In this document: positions 33,923 to 38,303 of the stretch, one piece after another | Position numbering within the stretch: the first letter of the stretch is position 1 | Layout of the letters: the number at the start of each line of letters is the position of its first letter | IMG/VR virus record: IMGVR_UViG_3300010285_000006 | Span: 1 to 38,303 of that record | Reading direction: 5' to 3' (one strand) | Length of the DNA stretch: 38,303 nucleotides | From: a virus | Program-made: the position numbers and the translations under genes | Notes under the pieces: model-generated | What the model saw: only the letters and a program-made list of their open reading frames with translations | Databases searched by the model: none | What the model was told of the DNA's origin: nothing

Positions 33923-34105
33923 TTATTTCGCAATATTTTCAGATAACCGATTTGCCATTAACTTATTTACAATTGAGATAATGTCATCTACTACCTGAGG
34001 TTCCCACTTGCTCAACCATTTAATTGTCTTTAGTTCAGATAATGTAAGGTTTATATCCTTTGTCAGCTCCTGTAGTTTTGCTAAGTTCTCCTCGGCCATC
34101 CCCAT
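33923..34105 (-). CDS. Hypothetical protein.
   Basis: 60-aa ORF whose start overlaps the upstream stop (TAATG). Confidence 0.4.
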   Translation of the reverse strand: MGMAEENLAKLQELTKDINLTLSELKTIKWLSKWEPQVVDDIISIVNKLMANRLSENIAK

Positions 34106-34215
34106 TACTTTTCCTCCTTCTTCTCTGAATCAACTCCAAAGCCTTTCCACATTCCGTCATTACAAATGCTGTAGTATCCCTTCTCTGCATACTTGATTGC
34201 TTCTTCAATTGTCAT
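34105..34215 (-). CDS. Small hypothetical protein (36 aa, not in the ORF track).
   Basis: Hand translation: MTIEEAIKYAEKGYYSICNDGMWKGFGVDSEKKEEK. Confidence 0.35.
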   Translation of the reverse strand: MTIEEAIKYAEKGYYSICNDGMWKGFGVDSEKKEEK

Positions 34216-34393
34216 TGCCACTTGCTTTCACCTCTCTTTCTCTCATTGCTTCATTCGCGCCCTTCGTAAAGGCTTTCCCAGATAGACATCGAAATGTTTT
34301 TATTCTTTCCCTGAGTTCTTCAAGAGTAATTTTTAAAGGACCACCTTTCGTAACTGTCATACCATCTATTATTTCTACTGTCTTACCATCCAT
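34205..34393 (-). CDS. Hypothetical protein.
   Basis: ATG at 34393 follows TAGGAGGGAG. Confidence 0.45.
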   Translation of the reverse strand: MDGKTVEIIDGMTVTKGGPLKITLEELRERIKTFRCLSGKAFTKGANEAMREREVKASGNDN

Positions 34394-34417
34394 AGAACTC
34401 CCTCCTAACCTATTTAC

Positions 34418-34446
34418 TTGCCTCGCTCTCCCCTCAATGGTAAAAT
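34418..34446 (+). promoter_or_regulatory. Putative sigma-A promoter for the plus-strand gene 34473..34763.
   Basis: TTGCCT-17 nt-TAAAAT, with TGg directly upstream (extended -10). Confidence 0.45.
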
Positions 34447-34472
34447 TTGCTTTAAGGGGGAGGTGTGCGATA

Positions 34473-34763
34473 TTGACTGAAAAAGATTTTTTAGAATTCT
34501 TTGATTTAATTGATGAAAACATTTTAAAATTAATAATTGACGATTCTTACAAACAAGGTCAAAAGCATTATAATAATTTGATACTTGAAGGCTGGTCTCA
34601 AGATGAAGCTCTTTATGATGTAATCATGAAAACTTCTTATCGAACCTTGAAATATGCAGTAATGACAGCCCTTTACTTTTCAAGTAATATTGACCCTGAA
34701 AGACCTAAAACCAAAGAAGAATTGAAGAAGCTATTTAAAGTAATTAAGCAATCTCCTAGTTAA
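34473..34763 (+). CDS. Hypothetical protein encoded opposite to the surrounding early operon.
   Basis: TTG start 7 nt after GGGGGAGGTG. 96 aa. Its 3' end overlaps the convergent 34731..34949 gene by 33 nt. Confidence 0.5.
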   Translation: MTEKDFLEFFDLIDENILKLIIDDSYKQGQKHYNNLILEGWSQDEALYDVIMKTSYRTLKYAVMTALYFSSNIDPERPKTKEELKKLFKVIKQSPS

Positions 34764-34949
34764 TTTAGGCTTTAGAAGTTTTGGTTTATCAAAGCTTATT
34801 GCGTATTCGTTCTTTTGATTTAGTTGTTCTTTTACTATTTCATCTAATGACTTTCCCATTGGCTGTTCTGGAACTTGCCCTTCCAGAGCAGCAACCCTCT
34901 TTTCTAGTTCCTCAATCCGCTGTTCTAATGTCTTTGCCACTCTCCTCAC
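34731..34949 (-). CDS. Hypothetical coiled-coil protein.
   Basis: LEQRIEELEKRVAALEGQ. The start is GTG 34949 or GTG 34940, after AGGAGG. Confidence 0.45.
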   Translation of the reverse strand: MRRVAKTLEQRIEELEKRVAALEGQVPEQPMGKSLDEIVKEQLNQKNEYAISFDKPKLLKPKLTRRLLNYFK

Positions 34950-34955
34950 CTCCTA

Positions 34956-35189
34956 CTAACCAACTTGTTTATCATGCTCAATGTCGCTTTTTGGGACATT
35001 ATAGATTAAAAAAATATCATCATCTTGATAATCTAATATTTGCTTTATCTTTATAGCGACTCTTAACGATGGATTTTTTTCGCCCAACTCTATATTTGTA
35101 TATGTTGTACGAGCTATCGGAATAAGCTTTGCTATTTTTTCTTGTGTCAATCCAGCTTTTTCTCTTATTTCTTTTAGCTTTAGTCTCAT
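34956..35189 (-). CDS. Cro-like XRE-family HTH protein.
   Basis: MRLKLKEIREKAGLTQEKIAKLIPIARTTYTNIELGEKNPS. Divergent from the repressor gene. Confidence 0.75.
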   Translation of the reverse strand: MRLKLKEIREKAGLTQEKIAKLIPIARTTYTNIELGEKNPSLRVAIKIKQILDYQDDDIFLIYNVPKSDIEHDKQVG

Positions 35190-35231
35190 TGTTTCACCTC
35201 CTAAAGTCTCTAATAGAAACATCTTAATTAT

Positions 35232-35260
35232 ATAATAGTCGCTTTTAGAAACATTGTCAA
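35232..35260 (-). promoter_or_regulatory. Early lytic promoter (P_R-like).
   Basis: Minus strand TTGACA-17 nt-TATTAT. The -35 overlaps operator-like site GAAACATTGTCA (35248..35259). Confidence 0.6.
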
Positions 35261-35285
35261 CCCTTTTTTGAAATTATTTTCTATT

Positions 35286-35315
35286 TTGTTTCTTTTAGTG
35301 TCATTTGTTTATAAT
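35286..35315 (+). promoter_or_regulatory. Putative repressor promoter (P_RM-like).
   Basis: TTGTTT-18 nt-TATAAT. Operator-like sites lie at 35298..35310 (inverted) and 35317..35328. Confidence 0.45.
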
Positions 35316-35356
35316 GGAAACATTTGCATGTATAATTTTATTAAGGAGTGGTGCAA

Positions 35357-36100
35357 ATGAACTTTTCTGAGAAATTACGAATGTTAAGGGATAAAAATAA
35401 TATTACTCAAAGTGATTTAGCTCAAGTGCTAAATAAAACTCGATCTGCAATTGCAGGTTATGAATCAGAAGGAAAAGAACCAGATTTTGAAGCATTAAGA
35501 AAGCTTTCTAATTATTTTGGTGTTTCAATAGATTATTTGCTAGATAACGATGAATTCATTAAGGGTAAAAAGCTTATCCCCATCCTTGGCACCATCCGTG
35601 CCGGTCTTCCTCTCCTAGCAGAGGATAATTGGGAAAGCACAATAGAGATATCAGATGAGATAAAAGCAGATTTTGCTCTCCGTGTAGTCGGTGATTCTAT
35701 GAGCTGGGTAGGTATACATGAAGGAGACCTGGCATTATTACAGCAGACTAATATAGCTCAAAACGGCCAGATTGTAGCTGCAGGCGTAATAGATGTTACT
35801 TGGGAAGCTACTCTCAAGTTTTATGTCTCAACTAACAGTCACTATGTACTAAGAGCTGCTAATCCTGACTACCAAGATATTTTATTTACTAAAAATCATA
35901 GAATTATTGGTACAGTAGTAAAAATCATAAAAGAAACACCTTCTATTTTTACATATAGAGATTTTCTTGCGGCTAAGGATATACACGATGAGGATTGGAT
36001 TGATACTATCGAAAAAGCTGCCTCTTATGGCCTAGGACCCAAAGATGTGGCTCAATACATTGAGATGTTGTCTAAAATGATTAAGCAAATAGAAAAATAG
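35357..36100 (+). CDS. CI-like repressor: XRE HTH fused to a LexA/S24 autopeptidase domain.
   Basis: ITQSDLAQVLNKTRSAIAGYESEG, then VVGDSMSWVGIHEGD...ATLKFY (Ser/Lys dyad context). Confidence 0.85.
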   Translation: MNFSEKLRMLRDKNNITQSDLAQVLNKTRSAIAGYESEGKEPDFEALRKLSNYFGVSIDYLLDNDEFIKGKKLIPILGTIRAGLPLLAEDNWESTIEISDEIKADFALRVVGDSMSWVGIHEGDLALLQQTNIAQNGQIVAAGVIDVTWEATLKFYVSTNSHYVLRAANPDYQDILFTKNHRIIGTVVKIIKETPSIFTYRDFLAAKDIHDEDWIDTIEKAASYGLGPKDVAQYIEMLSKMIKQIEK

Positions 36101-36196
36101 TTCCTTTTGGAATTATTTTTTTACCCATGCAAGGTAGAATTTTGTAAATATGTATTATCTCAGCTAATATCGAATATTAAAGAAAGGGGTTTTTCT

Positions 36197-37249
36197 ATGA
36201 AGGGTAAGAAATGGCTTATTGCCCTCTTAATTACGGTTCTTATATTCTCCAATAGCTTTGTTCTTGCTGCTGATACGAATACAAATCCAGTACCTGCTCC
36301 CTCCCCTTCCACTACTGAAACTCAACAACTAGAAGTACACTTCCTCGATGTGGGACAGGCTGATAGCACTCTAATTCAACTTCCAAACAACCAAATTATT
36401 CTCATCGATGGCGGCAATTCCTCCGATGCTGAATTTATTTGTAAATACATTCAGGACCATAAGATAAAGAAAATAGATTATCTCATAGGTACACATCCGC
36501 ATGAGGACCACATAGGAGGGCTAGAAGCAATTATAAAAACCTTTGATATAGGTAAAATCTATATGCCTAAGGTAGCACATACAACAGAAACATATAAGAA
36601 CTTGCTGCTAACCATCAAAGATAAAAAACTGAGCATCCAGGACCCAGTGGTCGGCACAAATATAATAGATGAAGCAGATATAAAATTCAAAATTCTAGCT
36701 CCTAATTCATCGCAGTATAAAGACCTAAACGATTATTCTATTGTAACCAAGCTCACATATAAAAAGAACTCTTTCCTCTTCACCGGGGATGCCGAGAAAG
36801 TGTCTGAAGATGAAATATTGGCAAAGAAATTTGTTGTAAAAGCTGATGTATTGAAAGTCGGCCACCATGGCAGCACCTCTTCCACCTCGCCAGCATTTGT
36901 TAAAGCAGTATCGCCCAAATACAGTATTATTTCAGTAGGCAAGGACAATAGTTATAATCATCCGGATAATATCATCATAAACAGATTAAAGCTATATGGT
37001 GAAGTCTTCAGGACGGATCTTGATGGCACTGTGATAATAACATCTGATGGAGAACATCTCACTATAGGAAAACAGATAAAAGCAGCTCCTACAGAGCAAA
37101 AGGAAGTATCACAGACAGTATATATTTCAAAAACCGGAACTAAGTATCACAAGGAGAATTGCTCTTATCTAAGCAATAGTAAAATACCTATTAGCTTAGA
37201 TGATGCAAAAGCTAAAGGATACACACCATGTTCTAGATGTAAACCATAA
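36197..37249 (+). CDS. Secreted MBL-fold (ComEC C-terminal-like) metallo-hydrolase with a C-terminal Cys motif. Putative nuclease.
   Basis: Signal peptide MKGKKWLIALLITVLIFSNSFVLA|AD. HFLDVGQADSTLI...GTHPHEDHIGG...KVGHHGS. C-terminal GTKYHKENCSYL...GYTPCSRCKP. Confidence 0.75.
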   Translation: MKGKKWLIALLITVLIFSNSFVLAADTNTNPVPAPSPSTTETQQLEVHFLDVGQADSTLIQLPNNQIILIDGGNSSDAEFICKYIQDHKIKKIDYLIGTHPHEDHIGGLEAIIKTFDIGKIYMPKVAHTTETYKNLLLTIKDKKLSIQDPVVGTNIIDEADIKFKILAPNSSQYKDLNDYSIVTKLTYKKNSFLFTGDAEKVSEDEILAKKFVVKADVLKVGHHGSTSSTSPAFVKAVSPKYSIISVGKDNSYNHPDNIIINRLKLYGEVFRTDLDGTVIITSDGEHLTIGKQIKAAPTEQKEVSQTVYISKTGTKYHKENCSYLSNSKIPISLDDAKAKGYTPCSRCKP

Positions 37250-37260
37250 GAGGTGAATAT

Positions 37261-37551
37261 ATGAACATAAGCCCTAAGACTGCAAAAATATTATTCTCTA
37301 TATACGGTATTATAACTGCAATAATATATTTATTTTGGTTAAAACTGGAAAGTATTTCACTACTAATGGTTTTTAGCTCTATGTTGATGGTCCTTTATAT
37401 TTGGGTATTTGTAAAAGCCAGATATTTTTTAATCTTGGTTAAGAATAGTACAAACATTAAGAGTATCGAAATAAACCTATTGAAGGCTTTAAGTATTATT
37501 CTAATTTGCTCAAATTGTTATGTGATATATATAAATATAATGCTATATTAA
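37261..37551 (+). CDS. Small integral membrane protein.
   Basis: 96 aa with about three hydrophobic helices. Confidence 0.5.
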   Translation: MNISPKTAKILFSIYGIITAIIYLFWLKLESISLLMVFSSMLMVLYIWVFVKARYFLILVKNSTNIKSIEINLLKALSIILICSNCYVIYINIMLY

Positions 37552-37574
37552 AAATGTGTATAGGAGGGTATAAA

Positions 37575-37877
37575 ATGTCATATCGATTAGAAAAATTCAC
37601 ACGTGCTATAGAAGATCTAATTGGTTTAGGAAGCATTCAAGAAAGATTATATAGAGCTTTCACATACAACTTATTGCAATTACATCAAGATGACTTTCCA
37701 GAAGAGCATTTAAGACAACGCTTCGAAAACTTAACAGATTCTTTAACCTGTCGTGAAGCAATTGGTGATGAAGGTACTGCTTGGGCAACTATAAGCGTAA
37801 TGACAGATGAGGAATGCTTAACCTATGCTCAGCGTATATTTAATTTATTCTTAGAATTCTCTGAAAGAGATAATTAA
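37575..37877 (+). CDS. Hypothetical cytoplasmic protein.
   Basis: ATG follows TAGGAGGG. 100 aa. No family recognised. Confidence 0.5.
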   Translation: MSYRLEKFTRAIEDLIGLGSIQERLYRAFTYNLLQLHQDDFPEEHLRQRFENLTDSLTCREAIGDEGTAWATISVMTDEECLTYAQRIFNLFLEFSERDN

Positions 37878-37881
37878 AGTT

Positions 37882-37905
37882 AATGCCTTAGGGCATTTTC
37901 TTTTA
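37882..37905 (+). terminator. Rho-independent terminator ahead of the integrase gene.
   Basis: aatgcc-ttag-ggcatt followed by ttcttttacc. Confidence 0.55.
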
Positions 37906-37958
37906 CCTTCACTAACGAACATTTGTTTGTTATACTATTATTTGAGGTGATGCTAATT

Positions 37959-38303
37959 ATGCCTACTGCTGCTATCTATGCTAGAAAATCAGTGGAAACA
38001 GACAAAGGCGAATCAATAGAAAATCAAATAAATAGAGGTATTGCTCTATGCCAACTTAATGGCTGGGATTATATCATATATCAGGACTATGGCATATCCG
38101 GAAAGACTCTTGACCGCCCTGATTTTGAACGCATGATGAAAGATGCACATGCTGGGAAATTTCAATATTTAGTATGTTACAAAATAGATAGAGTCTCCAG
38201 AAGTGTTTCAGACTTCTCTTCTCTCATTGATGAGCTCATTAGTCTAGATATAGGTTTTATTTGTATAAAGGATAATTTTGATACTACCACTCCTATGGGC
38301 AGA
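37959..38303 (+). CDS. int: Large serine recombinase (integrase), N-terminal part. It continues in frame at 1..1884 through the overlap.
   Basis: ATG at 37959 lies 8 nt after GAGGTGA. The translation MPTAAIYARKSVETDKGESIENQ... carries the resolvase-type catalytic serine motif. 37959..38180 is 222 nt, in frame with the ORF at 115..1884. Confidence 0.9.
   Translation, partial: MPTAAIYARKSVETDKGESIENQINRGIALCQLNGWDYIIYQDYGISGKTLDRPDFERMMKDAHAGKFQYLVCYKIDRVSRSVSDFSSLIDELISLDIGFICIKDNFDTTTPMGR
38181..38303. repeat. Terminal direct repeat, right copy (identical to 1..123).
   Basis: Same 123-nt string as the window start. The unit genome length is therefore 38,180 bp. Confidence 0.97.

Overview
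The window is one complete, circularly closed temperate siphovirus-type phage or excised prophage of about 38,180 bp. The host is a low-G+C Firmicute, probably an endospore former. Nt 1-123 are identical to nt 38181-38303, so the large serine recombinase gene is split across the window ends (37959..38303 continues in frame into 1..1884).

Layout:
- Plus strand, lysogeny arm: CI/LexA-like repressor, secreted MBL-fold hydrolase, membrane protein, small ORF, serine integrase.
- Minus strand, everything else, in this order: Cro-like switch gene; early genes (XRE regulator, SpoIIID homologue, Gam-like protein, annealing-protein-like protein, replication organiser, G39P-like loader, Dam-type methyltransferase, Hjc-like resolvase); a block of small Cys-rich ORFs plus an AAA+ ATPase, each preceded by a conserved 31-nt element; a RinA/ArpU-like late activator; HNH, TerS, TerL, portal, ClpP-like protease and HK97-fold capsid; head-tail connectors; major tail protein; G/GT chaperones with a GGGAAAA -1 frameshift site; tape measure; distal tail genes; tail fibre; XkdX; XhlA, holin-like protein and amidase.

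No rRNA, tRNA, CRISPR array, transposase or reverse transcriptase was found.

Most interesting observations:
1. A terminator-bounded two-gene cassette between the lysis genes and the integrase. It encodes a GHKL ATPase with a STAS-like N-terminus plus a small STAS-like (DUF4325-type) protein, and no recognisable effector.
2. A strand-specific adenine-depleted, G-rich 3' end of the tail-fibre gene, with a 32-nt A-containing copy just downstream. This looks like a DGR VR/TR pair, but no RT is present.
3. A full-length SpoIIID homologue behind a structured leader.
4. A 31-nt promoter-like repeat family.
5. Two moron cassettes inside the late operon that end in near-identical terminators.
6. A serine integrase with a C-terminal double-HTH extension.

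All family assignments come from motif recognition by eye and from memory. No database search was run.
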